Assembly (NCBI GenBank): GCA_051530055.1
Contig: CM121341.1
Location: 682,001 to 746,000 of the forward strand
Source: Neoechinorhynchus agilis
Taxonomy: Eukaryota; Animalia; Acanthocephala
Direction of reading: 5' to 3'
DNA length: 64,000 nt
The notes beneath the pieces were generated by a model. That model ran no database searches and was not told the origin of the DNA. It saw nothing but the letters and a program-made list of their open reading frames with translations. A program made the position numbers and the translations under genes. Every line of letters starts with the position of its first letter. Position 1 is the first letter of the stretch. This document shows positions 50,740-64,000 of this stretch, one piece after another.

Positions 50740-50747
50740 CTTTTATA
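50740..50747 (-). promoter_or_regulatory. TATA box of the repeat-protein gene
   Basis: TATAAAAG on the minus strand ~55 nt upstream of the ATG at 50684. Confidence 0.55.
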
Positions 50748-52816
50748 CCCAAGGAGTTTTGTAAACATGTCGCGAGATGTTGTTCACAAGCTGAAATTTG
50801 TTTTATAAACGTCGCTTGGTTTCTGTACTTTAAGATTATTTTCGGTGTATTTTATTTAACTTCGATTTATGGCTTTATATAATTGTTGATTTTTTACGTT
50901 TTAATGATATGATTTATACAGTTTGTCAACTTTTCAGTCATTTTGCTTTCATACTCTTTATGATAAGTAGAAGCTAACACAAAATAAGTTAAAATGCTTT
51001 TGGATTGCTGACTTTGTTATATTCTTAAAAAAGTCGACGCATTTAAGAATTTGAATTTTGCTCAGATTTAAATGCATCTTTTTCCCATCAACTTCATGCA
51101 AAAATAATTTTCGTGTTATTGTCAAAAGCTGAAGGCGTTGTTGGCATAGTAGCCCATTCAATCACTGTCCGCACATTCAATGTTTTCAAAAATTGATTTT
51201 TTTAAAACTTTGAGCGATACCATTGACCAGGGAAGAAGAGAGATGAGTATTTTGTGATAGTATTGCAATGATTTACGATCCAAAAATAAAAGGATGGCTA
51301 AAGACGTCTTTACTTATAAAGGTGTTTCGGATAAACTTATACTAGCGCTGGTTATTAAGCGAGCAACTACGAGCAATTTTCTTGAACTTTGTGAAGATAC
51401 AAAATCCCATTTGCCGAATGAAATGATGGATCAAGTAGAAAAGGAAGTAGATTTGTGAAACGTGTCCTCGATACCGATTTAATCCACTCAAGACGAGACA
51501 ATTTAATTGCAATGCAACAGAGCGCTTCATGTAATAGTCCGCCGGCACCAAATAGTGGTCAACTAACCTCCAGCAGTCAAGGATCCTCAAATATTCTAAC
51601 AACAATTCGTACTGATTAACGTGCAAAGTTTCGTTCGAATGAACATTTTGTGAATCAAATGCGACCTCAGCGTCCTCGAGGACGCAAACTCGGTACCAAA
51701 ATCCAGTGTGAAAGTGCATCGAATATTAAACAAACCAAATCTGATTTCGAACAGAGCCAACGGTTTTTCAGTTACGTCGAACAATTGAGGCAAATAGGGG
51801 AGGAAGGAAAAGGCAAAAGTTTTGAAGCGGATAATAAGTAAGATTACGGATTAGCTTTGGATTACTCTGTCAAGTCGATTGCCGGTTGCCTGCAATCACA
51901 AAAGGATCAAACGTTTAAAGTTAAGAAGCTCCTTAAGATAATCAATCTCAATTATGAGAGATGCGTGATCAAGTTCCTGTTGATATTGGTCCTCCGGATG
52001 ACCGCGGAGGGGGAAAGATGGATGTAGATTATGATCAGCCTAAAGTCAGTGAAGAAATTTCCGTTATTGAAGCAACTGGTGAGAAGGATGTTAGGGTGGT
52101 TTTAGGTAATGAGTTTCCTGCTCCCCACCCTGGTTATGAGGTTGTAGAAGATAATATTAATGTTTTGTTGAAAGATAATGTTGTGGAAGGGGTGGTTTTT
52201 GAAAGTAATGAGTATGCGCCCCCCCATCGTGGTGAATTACTAGATGCAGCTCGTTTTCTCAGAGGAAGAGATGAATGTTTTAAAGATTAGTAGAGAAGAT
52301 TTGGGTGATTTGTCAATACACGATTTGGCTAAGATTTATTATGCTGAAGGTCCAAATCAAAAGGTGCTTCAGTGCCAAGTGGACGGTGCTTATGATATTT
52401 TTTGAAACGAAAGGTAGTAAATTATTTGAGGAGCTCCTTACAATAACAAGTTTATTGTTAAAAAAATACAAATAATAGGAGGACACATGTACCTTTGGGT
52501 CCTCATAAGCATTCGAGTTCACAATTGTTCAAAAAAGCGCATCCGTTAGGATGGGAATATCCAGTCGAGGGATGTCCGTTCGGGAGGTAACATCTGCTCG
52601 GAGGGATGTCTATTCGGGTGGGACTATCCGGTCGGGGCTTCTCAGGTGGTCTCTAGTCTTTTATTCATGCGAGATTTCGTCCTAAGTTTTTATTTCAAAT
52701 AAAGCATGAGAATTTTGCTGTGCAAATGTTAGCGATTGAGGGACTGGGTGATGTCAGTCGTTTGGGTGGTCGTTGGATCTTAGCAAATTTAAATCTAGAG
52801 TCTTTTCGAAGAATTT

Positions 52817-53375
52817 TTGGAGTGTAGTGCTAAATAGAAAGAGAACGGATTCGAAAAATTAAAAGCTTCAGGCTGGATAGGTTCAGTCTCGTATACCACA
52901 ATGGTAGAACAATTTTTATTGAATCGTCTTTTTGATATATCCGTGAACCCTTCTTTTATTCCTTCAGATAACTATTCCACTGATGGAATTAGAGAATTAG
53001 AATTTTTTCAGATTTTGGAAGGCTTCTTCAAAAGCATCCAATTGAAGTGTAGTGCTAAATAGAAAGAGAACGGATTGGAAAAATTAAAAGCTTCAGAATG
53101 GATAGTTTCAGTCTCGTATACCACAATGGTAGAACAATTTTTATTGAATCGTCTTTTTGATATATCCGTGAACCCTTCTTTTATTCCTTCAGATAACTAT
53201 TCCACTGATGGAATTAGAGAATTAGAATTTTTTCAGATTTTGGAAGGCTTCTTCAAAAGCATCCAATTGGAGTGTAGTGCTAAATAGAAAGAGAACGGAT
53301 TGGAAAAATTAAAAGCTTCAGAATGGATAGTTTCAGTCTCGTATACCACAATGGTAGAACAAATTCTATTGAATC
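52817..53375. repeat. 225-bp tandem repeat, ~2.5 copies
   Basis: gtgtagtgctaaatagaaagagaacggatt at 52822, 53047 and 53272. Confidence 0.92.
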
Positions 53376-53915
53376 AAAAAGATTGGATTTAAAACTTTCT
53401 AGACCTTTGACTTTTTCAAATCGAATACGTTGAAAATCATGAAGATTTTCGATAAGTTTTACATTAAAAACATCACAGCTACTCATAATAAATTATATTT
53501 AAATGAAGCAGAGCGAGTTTTAGTGATGTGTAGCGCCCAAATACCCGCCTTGGTTTCAAGTTTTGTTTAGAAAAATGTTTAATATATGCGAAAAAAGATT
53601 TGATTTAAAACTTTCTAGAGCTTTGACTTTTTCAAATCGAAAACTTTGAAAATCATGAAGATTTTCGATAAGTTTTACATTAAAAACATCACAGCTGCTC
53701 ATAATAAATAATATTTAAATGAAGAAGAGCGAGTTTTTGTGTTCTGTAGCGCCCAAAGGCTCGCCTCGGTTTCAAGTTTTGTTTAGAAAAATGTTTAATA
53801 TATGCGCAAAAAGATTGGATTTTAAACTTCCTGGAGCTTTGACCTTTTCCAATCGAAAACTTTGACGATCATGAATATAATCGGTAAATTTTACATTAAA
53901 AACATGACAGTTACT
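53376..53915. repeat. 216-bp tandem repeat, ~2.5 copies, directly abutting the 225-bp array
   Basis: aaaagatt(g/t)gattt anchor at 53381, 53597 and 53813. Confidence 0.9.
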
Positions 53916-54317
53916 TCGCATAAATTTATTAAAATAAGTGATTATTTTAAACAATAATGCTAAGATTGCATTATTCAACATAGTCTACTCTAAGAAACTA
54001 AAATGTTTTCACAATCATTCACGCCACCGATAAATCAGCTCCTCAACGATGTACTAAACAGTTGTCTGTAATAAATCATTTCAAATGTGAGTGAACAACT
54101 CTGTTCCATGTTTGCTCGCGATATAACTTTCGCTTCGTCAAATAAGCGATTTGGCAAAATTTTTAATAAACTTTTTTATTCTACGTGATAAGAAAATGTT
54201 TTGCCTATTTTTCGAAATTAAAACCAATTTCGTCCACAAAGTCATGAAATCACCATAGAAACGAGTAGAGTTTCTTTTAAATATTGAAGTACTGTCACGT
54301 TTTAATGTTTTCTGCAG

Positions 54318-56461
54318 AATTGGTGATATCTTTTGTTGTCACAGGTAAAGCATCGCTGAACTCGATAACTCAAATCAATTACTATTATTTAGTTGCTCTA
54401 TTAGACGGCCTAGAATACATGAGTAGACAATCTAAACAAGAATTTGCACAGTACATCTCATCGTTTAATCCTGAACTTGGAAGGTTAATTCTAGAACATG
54501 AAAGTGAACTCAAACTATCGACGGATATTAAAGTACTTTTGCGAAATTTTAGGGCAGAAAAATCTAATAAATAGCACTGAGACCCGAGCCATATAGATTT
54601 TTTAGCTTAAGTAAATACCTTTAATGTCATTGTAATTAAAAATGTTCAGAGATGCATTGCTGCAGTGCTCTGTCGTTCATTTAAAAAATGCTTAATTTTG
54701 CGATTAAATTTTATTTCCTAAAGGTACTTAAAATGCTTTCCTTCTTATTCCTGAATTCGATACAACGTACTACATGCGATACCTCACCAGTCCAACCATT
54801 GACAATTCGACAATTGGACTCGCTAATCTTTTCGGCAAAGTCAACCTTTTTGTTGGATACTCGAAATTCGGTGATCCACAAAACTGGATAATTGCACCTG
54901 ATGCATCGCGGACTTTCATAACTTCCACTGGCCTCCATCTTGCAGTAATAACACACGACTCAGTTTTCATAGGTTCGAATTTCCGTTTCTATGTTCAAAA
55001 ACGAGAATTCAAGCACTAACTGACGCTTTGCTGTACTTTACTCGACTCTACTTAAATCCAAATGGTAACCTGCGAATACTTATTTTATACATTACATCAT
55101 TCCCTCGAATCAATGCGATCGAATTAGCTTTTGTGAGAAGGGATTCGATGTCTGCATTATATATGATTGAAGAAGCCCAGGAGTTCTTGGAAGTTTTGTC
55201 ATTGGACAGAAAATTTACAGAAATCTTTGCTACAACGCTTAAGATGGGTCCTTGCGCAATTTTCTTACCTAGCCCAGCTTGGTTTAATCTGGCTAACGAC
55301 TGGAATAGTCGTTGGAATGAAATAATATTCAAACCCCGAGATGTGCTTTATCATATTGTTAGTACACCATTGGGACCAACGTCTTTTATGAGTTACACGG
55401 CTGTGACTCTCAAAACCGCTGCACGAACACCGATAAAAACATCAAATACTCTAGCTCAACAATTTGTTAGTCTACATGGCAACACTTTAAATATCCACAT
55501 ACCTTTTCTTGCATTAACACCTAAACTAAGTTGGCGGCTTTGAAGGATATAAATGGGCACTTTTGTTGGATAGGGAAAGCTTTATCAAAGCGGGAGTTTT
55601 GCGAGAGGATATACACAATTATTATTGAATTTTGAAAACTATATTAAAAATATTTTCTTTTTTAGGACGGTTCATTAAAGGCGGTGGTTTACTAATACTG
55701 TGAATATTTTTATGGTTCTTCGAGATTTTACTTCGCCTACACGTTAGCCGTTATTAAAACAATCTATCAAAATCGCCAACAAAGTGATTTTCTTTACGGA
55801 TACTCCACTAACCTGTCCGGCAAATCGTTTGCGGGTGAATTCTGAAATCAGTCAATACTCAAGTCACCAAGCTCTCGAGACTATTTATCAATTTATGGAT
55901 AGAACTGGGTGTACGATTTTTGCCAGCTTATACCTTAAGGTTTTCAAGAATTTCATTTCCAAAAACAAAATCAATGCAACCTACGTGACAATTTTTGTCG
56001 TTAAAGATCACACTTTATTGTTGCTAAATGATGAATATAAAGACGGGTTTAACTCTACAATTGGTAAGAATGTGAGCAATTTTTTCCTAAGTCATTTAAT
56101 CGTTCATAATCCTGAGAATATTGATCCTACTGATGGCTCTTTGTACAGTGAGCAAATGATGAATCCAATGTCTATAAAGAACGCAGCTGGTGATTCATTA
56201 CTCACAACTGTTCAAGAAGGTCGATTATTCATTCAACTGCACGGGAAGGAAGTTGGATTCAGAGAGTTTAATCAGTGCAAACTCGACGGAGTAGTACATG
56301 TTATCCGGGAGCCACTTGTTCGTGCTTCGAATGACAAAAAGACAGCGAAAAGAAGTGATGTTGAAATTGAAAAACTCGACAGGTACACTTCTGTGACCGT
56401 TACAATTTTAGTGATCGGACTCAATGTCGCATTCGTTGTTGTTATATCGCTTGCACTATAA
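54318..56461 (+). CDS. Multi-exon fasciclin (FAS1) domain cell-surface protein with C-terminal hydrophobic anchor; 5' end unresolved
   Basis: FAS1-like motifs AIFLPSPAWF, LYHIV, VTIFVV, FLSHLIV, DGVVHVIREPL; terminal VTVTILVIGLNVAFVVVISLAL. Confidence 0.72.
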
Positions 56462-56866
56462 CAATACTGCTCTCGTTCTCAGCTCTTAGAAAGACCTGAG
56501 AATTTAAGAGCTAGAGATGAACATCACCGTCGCTCTTGACGCCTCTAATAAAATATTTTTGTCTTATGAAAAATATGCAAATGACATTTTTGTGCACTCG
56601 TGATTTTTCGCAATACTTCTAAATATCTAATGAACTATACCACCTTCTTGTTATTGTGAATCCTCGTTTCGTTAATAAAATACTCGCATTTCACAAAATT
56701 ATAAAAACATGTAAGACATATTATTGACCGAATTTTTCCCACTCGTGCAATTGCAGGACACCTCTTTCTATACCAATGTAAATCAATCGCATTTTATGAT
56801 CATCGTTATCGTAATTTCATATTATAGATAATTTGATTGGTTGTAGATATGTGAGCGGTGTATACT

Positions 56867-56926
56867 AAAAACGTTTCGAACCTCTTCAGGGGTTCATCAT
56901 CACTCGACGAGGTTCGAGACGTGTTT
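56867..56926. ncRNA. Hammerhead-like motif (minus strand) with inverted partial copy
   Basis: Minus strand GTGATGA-T-GAACC-loop-GGTTC-GAAACGTT (first core C replaced by G); the plus strand carries an inverted gaggttcgagacgtg copy. Confidence 0.45.
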
Positions 56927-57681
56927 CATGATAAATTATTTACCGAGTAAAGACCTAAACAGTAATTCCAGTTGGACTCTTAAATTGTCTACATCTTAGT
57001 CAGGTGCGTTAAGCGTATCGACATCGTTTTGCTGAAAAAAATTCAATGTCGTTCGTTAATTTCGCATTTTTGGACAGTCTAACGCTACACAATAGCCGCG
57101 ACTTTTAAGGCAAAGCGACATTTGATATGACAGCTTTTGCTAAGTGGACCCATTTGGAGCTCACGATTTACTTCTGATAAAAGTTTGAACGCGATTTCCG
57201 CCCAACCCGAGAAACGCCAAGAGAACTTTTACATCAGGACCAAGTATTTTCAATTAAAAGTCATGCGTTGGGGTCTTTTCATGAAACAATAACCGGCCTT
57301 ATGGAAATAAACATGATTATTGGCTTCATTAGTTCTTCTATTGAATACGCATACTTGCACCCAACCATCGAACAATTTCAAATTGAATTGACTGATTCAA
57401 AATTTGGGCTAAAGATTGTTCGTATTCTTTGGTTAAACAGCTTGACATACAATGTAGACAGTTGGTCTCAGTCCCCTGTGACAGGGTCAGACTCCTCAAA
57501 ACTTCTAACACTTTCTTCAACGTGGTCCTCCTTTTCTTTTAGTCGACCAATTTTGCATAGACACTTTGTACATAGACCTTTCATAATTGCACACCCTTAG
57601 ACCGTATAAAAAGGCTTCTTGTTTAAATTTTCGGTCACTTCGCATCTCGTCTTCAAATATTTTTCGCCTCCCTCAACTACC

Positions 57682-58143
57682 ATGGGATCTAGAAGTGGAA
57701 AAGCGAGTGATTCTAAGGTGAACAGTGGTGACATGAGACCAAGCGGACACATTCATTATTCTCCCTACTACTCATCTTCTCATCCGCCACATCAGCCTGT
57801 CGTTCACCAGCTTAGTTGCCCTAACGCAAATTATATGGCACAACAGGGCCAGCAAATACATCCATGTTTGCTTCATTCAAGCATGATTCCATCTGCAGTG
57901 CCGCCGATTATGTATAATCCACAAATGCCCCAGATGATGAACAACGGAGTTGGCGGAATGCCACAAATGCAGCCGCCTCAACAACTTCCTTCACCAATGT
58001 ACAATTTTAACGAAGACTTTGGGCAACAACCAATGAATCCATTTATGCCATCCAGGGGTAGCTGCGCCATGGGACCGATGGGAATGGTCCCTAATGGAAT
58101 GCAGCCTCCACAAGCCCCGGTCAGAGTAGGACCAATGTTTTAA
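57682..58143 (+). CDS. Small Pro/Gln/Met-rich low-complexity protein (153 aa)
   Basis: ATG in ctaccATGG context, TATAAA ~75 nt upstream, coherent PQM-rich composition; no family recognised. Confidence 0.55.
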   Translation: MGSRSGKASDSKVNSGDMRPSGHIHYSPYYSSSHPPHQPVVHQLSCPNANYMAQQGQQIHPCLLHSSMIPSAVPPIMYNPQMPQMMNNGVGGMPQMQPPQQLPSPMYNFNEDFGQQPMNPFMPSRGSCAMGPMGMVPNGMQPPQAPVRVGPMF

Positions 58144-58381
58144 CTGGTTAAAATCAATTTGAATCAATATTAAATGGATAGTTTCCAGTATGGGTTTGTT
58201 CCCATTGTGAATCATTGTAACCCAAAAACAGCACTAAAACTTTACCACCGACGCACTCTCATACTAAACGCAGAATGTATGTGAGTCAGAGAGCGAAAGA
58301 GCTACTTGAACACAAGAAAGTAGTTGTATATATGTAGTTGAACCTGTAGTTCATTTTTAAAAATCGACTTCCTTGCCAAGA

Positions 58382-61300
58382 ATGGTCTTACTCGGAAAGG
58401 TATGTCGCCGGACATTGACGAAATGGTGCTTTTAAGTGAAAAAAAAATCAAATTCTGCGCCATTATTTTGATCTAAAGTTTAGAAGTAACACAGTAATCA
58501 GAAAAAAATGACTGATTAAATTGTATTGTGTAATCTTCATGTAACTTTTAGAGATCGCAATCAGAACTGCATTATATCGACTTTTGACGCTCAATCCACT
58601 TGTTATTGAAGTTATTAACCTTGCTGATACAAAAATCTTTAACATGACCAATTTTGCGTCTTTTTCTAACACGAACATAGTCAAAGTACCAAGTTTTTTT
58701 CAAATTTGAGTGGCAACAAAAGACGCTGATTTGAGTTTCAAATTTTTCATTGAAATGCAAAAATAAACACGAAACTTTCACAAATTTATATTTGCACGAA
58801 ACATTTTAAAATTAGTGTCTACGATATTTTCAATAATTTATTTTCCTGTTGCAAGGAACGAATAATAATGCGCGAAGACTATCAAATAAGTTTCATCTTC
58901 GCATTTTGCTTTGCTTACGTCTTAATTACGAACTTCACAATTTGATTTCCGACTGTGACCTTCATCCGTTTCTTTAATTTCGTTTAGAATGATCATATTT
59001 GGTTAAACCCAAAGACCAGTGATGAATTCGCCGTTCCAGTAGGCGCCCGCGTTTTGGATGTTCGAGGAAATAGTGCAACAGTGGTGGACGATGATGGAGT
59101 TGTAAGTTTCCGATCTGCAAGTGCCTTGTCTTCATTTCTGTAAACCTAGAAATCAACAATAACAATCGATGACCGAATCCAGGTCATGCACAAATCGGTA
59201 GCAGAAGGGAGAGCAGACATGATTGATCTCGGCGAACTAACAGAAGGGAGTATTCTCAGAAATTTGTTTACTCGATATAAAGACGGGAAGATTTATGTAA
59301 GCTTAATTTTTAATCCGTTTTATTTCTATCTTTATATTTAGACATATATCGGTTCGATCTTGACAGCAGTTAATCCGTACAGAAATATGCCCATTTATGG
59401 CAATGATGCCATTGCTAAATATAAAGAAAAGCAACTTGAGGATAATGAGCCTCACATTTACGCTATAGCAGATAATGCGTATCGGGATATGAAGAGTTTT
59501 TCTCGGGATGAAACGATAATTATTAGGTATGTTCATTTCAAAAGTGATTTTATATAAAAAAACTTAATATATCGAAAAAGTGGTGAATCTGGCTCTGGAA
59601 AGACAGAAAGCACTAAGGTCTTTTTAAAGTATCTCGCTTATTCCAGTGGACAGCATTCATGGATCGAGCAACAAATTCTCGATTCAAATCCAATCCTAGA
59701 AGGTAAATAACCTTCTTTAAGTACACTTTTTATACTATTTATACAAAAAAGCATTCGGCAATGCAAAAACTGTTCGGAATGACAATTCAAGTCGGTTTGG
59801 AAAATATATAGACATAATATTCGACAAGGATGGCCATATTTTGACTGCAGAAATATTACAGTATTTGCTAGAGAAATCGAGAATTGTTTCACAGGTACAA
59901 ACAGTCGCTTAGATGCGTTCAGTTTGCAAAACCATTATAAAATAGGACACTAATGAAAGAAACTATCACATATTCTACTCGATGCTCGCTGGATTATCTC
60001 CTCAGCAAAAATCACAATTTGGCTTAACGGACGGTACATCCTACAATTATTTACGACAGGTAACAAACTTTTTTACCGTTTGTAAACTATGGTTCATTTT
60101 TAGGATTCAATGAAAGTAACTGAACGGGATGAGTTGACTGAATGGAATGCTGTTTTGGCTGCATTAAAAGTTATGCAAATCAGCGAAGAATCTGTAACTA
60201 ATATATGTCGTCTATTGGCTTCTGTTCTTCTTATTGGTCAAATCGATTATAGCGGTGAGTTTATTGATCGGTAAAGCGTATAAAGTAGAGCCCTTGGCAT
60301 ATACCTTAAATTGCTTCTTAGACCAATGATTTTTTTGGAATATTGCGTAAAGCGTTGCCCGGATAAACCAAGCGGCAAACTAAAATTTCCATTTATCACG
60401 CTAAGAACAACACACTGATTTGATATTAACCAGTATCTCTTCTCTGCGAATAGCGATGCATAAACGGTTTTGTCAGATGTTATTAGAACTTCAAAAAGAT
60501 TGGCACAAAAAATTAATAAGGAATACCATAAGAAATTGTGATCTTGGTTAAGTAAAGTGCTAATTTTTGCATTCCGTGAATTTATGGCAAGACAGTCACA
60601 AAAAATAACCTGAAGATATTTGAACCCAATTTTTGTTTTGCAGGAATTTGTATGATTTGTTTAAAATACATTCAAAGCTGTAATTAATTTATTTAAAATA
60701 TTGATCATCTTCTTAAATTTTTTGTTTTCCAGAAAATATGAAATCTCATATCACCAAAAGTTTAATTATTTTTAGGAGGAAAGCAAAGATCTACGGACAG
60801 TGTTAAATTACAGGATTCTCGGATAGTCGACCAAGCTGCTTCAGTGATGATGGTTTGGGGTTAAGTGTTTATTTATGAACATAAAAGAAGCTTTAAGATC
60901 GACGGAACTGCATTCAAAAATGCATTAACTCATAAATCGATTATGGTTTCTAACAATATAGTAACAAAGGATATCAACAGAGAACAAGCTATAGATATAA
61001 GGTCGCAAACAAGAATTGATTTTAAAATAGACGTAGCTTTTTTAGGGATGCCTTTGTCAAAAGTGTATATGGCAAAATGTTCGAATGGATTGTAGCCGAA
61101 ATCAATAGGGCCATTAAGAAACAAGTTGCCGCTAAAGATATTCGCCGGTTTGGAATTCTTGATATATTCGGTTTTGAGAGTGTCGGGACAAACAGGTATT
61201 TTTTACTGGGACTAAAAAATAAAATAATTATATTTGTAGCTTTGAGCAATTATGTATAAATTATACAAATGAGCGTTTGCAGCAGTTTTTTGTTCATCAT

Positions 61301-64000
61301 GTATTTAAAATTGAACAGGTAACTCTTATTGCTTTCTGAACTTAGTCATTTGAATATCTTTAGAATGAATACGATCGCGAGAATATAAATTGGGAGAAGA
61401 TTAGATTTGTAGACAATAAGAACGTAATTGATTTCATTGCATTACAAAAACTAAGCGTATTTGCTTTAATCGATGAGGAATCAATATTTCCAAAGGTACT
61501 CGTTTTGTGTTAGATTGCACTAACTTCTAATGAAGTATTGCGCAATTCTTTAAAAAGTATTTCATTTACTATTTAAGCAAGGAATGCAACGAGAAATCAT
61601 TGAAGAAAAAAGCAAAATATTCGCTCCGTTTGACTTTACTTTTAGGGGACTGACAAAAGTTTTATGGACAAACTATTCAACGTACATGGAAACAGTAAAC
61701 ATTTGGTGAAGGTATCGAACTCTGATCCAAATCAACTGCAGTTTATGCTCAAACATTTCGCGGGCGATATTCTGTATAGCGCAAAAAGTAAGTTTTTATT
61801 ATTTAAAAGGATTTGCGATTAATTTGCCAAAATTTTGCGTAGATTTCCTTGAGAAAAATAGAGACACACATAGTCTGGACTTTCAAAGAGTTATTATTAA
61901 AGCAGCGAATCCGTTTCTTAAAGAGATATTCGGCGATATGTCGAATGAACAGGTGAGCTTGAAATGAATTTTTCAGATTTTTTATTTTTTTCCATTGAAA
62001 AACCTCACTGCGACTTAACCGAATTTCAGTGTGGAATTATTTTCAGCACTACAGTGTACAGATTAGAAGTTTGTCGGAAAATGCGATAATATACGAAACT
62101 GAATAAGCGATCCCGCCAATGATTTACTGTTCCTTGCTGTGATTTTGTCACATCAAAATAATTTTTAGACAACCCTTTCAATAAGGAAAACGTTGGGCAA
62201 CCAATTTAAACAATCAATGGAACATCTTATGGAGACAATGGGTATGCGGCACCCATATTTCATTAGATGTATCAAACCAAACGAAAACAAATCTGATAAT
62301 GTGCGCTGATGTTTATGGCTCATCGTTTTATCAATAAAATCAAATTTGTAGGAATTCAATCGTTCTTTAATTACCAAGCAGCTGAGATACTCCGGGATGT
62401 TAGAAACGATAACAATCAGACGGGCAGGATATCCGATCAGACATTTGTTCCGGGATTTTGTTCCGCGGTACTACTTAGTTTTGAAATTGGCAGTTCCGTA
62501 TGCTCAAGGAATGAACGACGCTGAGTTGGCAAGGCAAATCTGCAATAAGTCCCTCAAACAGTCAGATTATCAAATTGGTAAAACAAAGGTTTTCTTAAAA
62601 GTGTGTATTATCGTTAGAAAGTGAATGAAAAATTCTAAGAATAAATTAATCAGGACCAAGGTAACGCCGATGTTGAAAAGGCTAGACATGATGTCCTTTC
62701 TGAAAGCATCATTGGAATTCAATCGATAATAAGAAATTGGGCAAATGCCAGGATTTTCGAGCGTATTAGGAAATCCACCGTTTGTGTACAGTCATATTAT
62801 AGGAATTCGGAGCAGCAACGATCATATGCAAAGGTATAGACACCAATGTTGCTATTTGAATAATTTTGAACCACCTAGATGCGACGCGGCTTTATGCGAT
62901 TGCAATCAATTTACCATTCAGAATTGATATCGAAAAGATACGATAGCTTAATGCAAAATCTTCCCCAATTACAGGTAATGCCTTCAAACCTTCAATTTTT
63001 CTACGCTTGATCGAAGCGTTTATAAGGCCCAGTATTGATTCCATAGTTTCTTACTTTTAGCAACAATGTCGCAATTATTTGCTCAGAAGCATCAACCAGA
63101 GAATGGCTTTGACTGTAATGGCCTTCCAGGAAGAAGTCCGCCGATACCTTGCGAGCCGCCAAATTCAAACTATTATAATGAAGGCAAGCAGCTATATTCT
63201 AGCCATCGGAATTTTATCCCATATCGTGAAATTATCCCTTGCGGTACATGCAAGCGAACGTGCCCATTTTTAACCAAGCAGAATAATTTTTACTAAAAGA
63301 ACGGACAGTTGCAGTTTTTTCACTCATTCATGGGTAAAAGGGGAAATCTAGATGGAAAAACTACATGCCATTTTACATTTCGCTATTTACGGGCTCAAAA
63401 TAAATATGATTATTTATTTCCAAAAAGAACGCACCAAGATTATCCTTACTGCGGAACCTTTCCCGTGTTCGTACATGCACTTCAATTATTTTCATTGCTT
63501 TGAATAGCACTTTATAAGGCCCGAAAATTAAAAATAATTCTAGGAGGAGGAAATACGGGATGCTGAAAAGAAGAGAAAAGATCAGGAACGAAAATTGACA
63601 AGGACAGTTGGACCAGTACGAGCGAAGGCTGAAGCCGACCGCAAGTTCGAGGTAAGACGATGTCTATAATTTCAAAAACGTTTGAGTGTATTTAGATCAC
63701 TATAAGTGAAATAACAAGAAATTATGAAATTCTCGAGGATTACGAGAAATCGCAGGCTGAGAATAAAATGAAGAAAATCGACGAACTGAACATGCGGCGT
63801 CATGAAGTTTTGAGTGAACAGCAACTCGTAGATAGAGCATTTAGAGGTGTATTCGACGATGAAGGACCCGATAAAACGGTATTACCTATCTAATCAAAGC
63901 CAATAATATCATTATTTAGGAAGAAGAGGTTGAATTAGATTTGGCTGAATTCAAGTTTCAAGTTTATGCAAAAAGGAATTTCGCTAACGGTGCAACGCCG
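58382..64000 (+). CDS. MYO7A: Unconventional myosin VII (head, IQ region, start of tail); many short introns; continues beyond the window
   Basis: MVLLGK|NDHIWL...EFAVPVGA; DMIDLGEL; [13 protein letters not shown]; [10 protein letters not shown]; [19 protein letters not shown]; LDIFGFE; [11 protein letters not shown]; DLAEFKF. The introns I traced through the head, IQ and early tail are GT-AG except one GC-AG. Confidence 0.95.

Overview
Window from a compact, AT-rich invertebrate (animal) nuclear genome with mostly short (~40-60 nt) GT-AG introns; the taxon cannot be determined from this sequence. All family assignments come from remembered motifs; no searches were run. Recognisable genes: PHF10/SAYP-like double-PHD, UBA3, sideroflexin, ZEB/zfh1, MARK/Par-1, POLR2F (RPB6), a five-exon GATA factor missed by the ORF track, MARF1/limkain-b1, a GH20 hexosaminidase-like gene with catalytic residues substituted, a fasciclin-domain protein, and myosin VII (runs off the window end). 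Orphans: a secreted EF-hand protein, a protein with an atypical GATA-like finger, a five-exon secreted protein, and a secreted Cys/Glu/Pro repeat protein. The 26.9-38.9 kb stretch is repeat-rich: a ~181-bp satellite with higher-order structure, a MITE, a decayed Penelope-like element interrupted by an antisense, internally deleted 28S fragment fused to a LINE 3' end, a CRE-type retroelement remnant, and inverted hammerhead-like pairs. Best leads: (i) hairpin-bounded interruptions in GATA and the GH20 gene (possibly UBA3) whose obvious GT-AG splice is out of frame; (ii) the 28S/LINE chimera ending near the R2 target site; (iii) a ~2-kb decayed, foreign-looking ORF (possible endogenous viral element); (iv) splice acceptors 0-2 nt before start codons, hinting at trans-splicing; (v) a probable GH20 pseudoenzyme.
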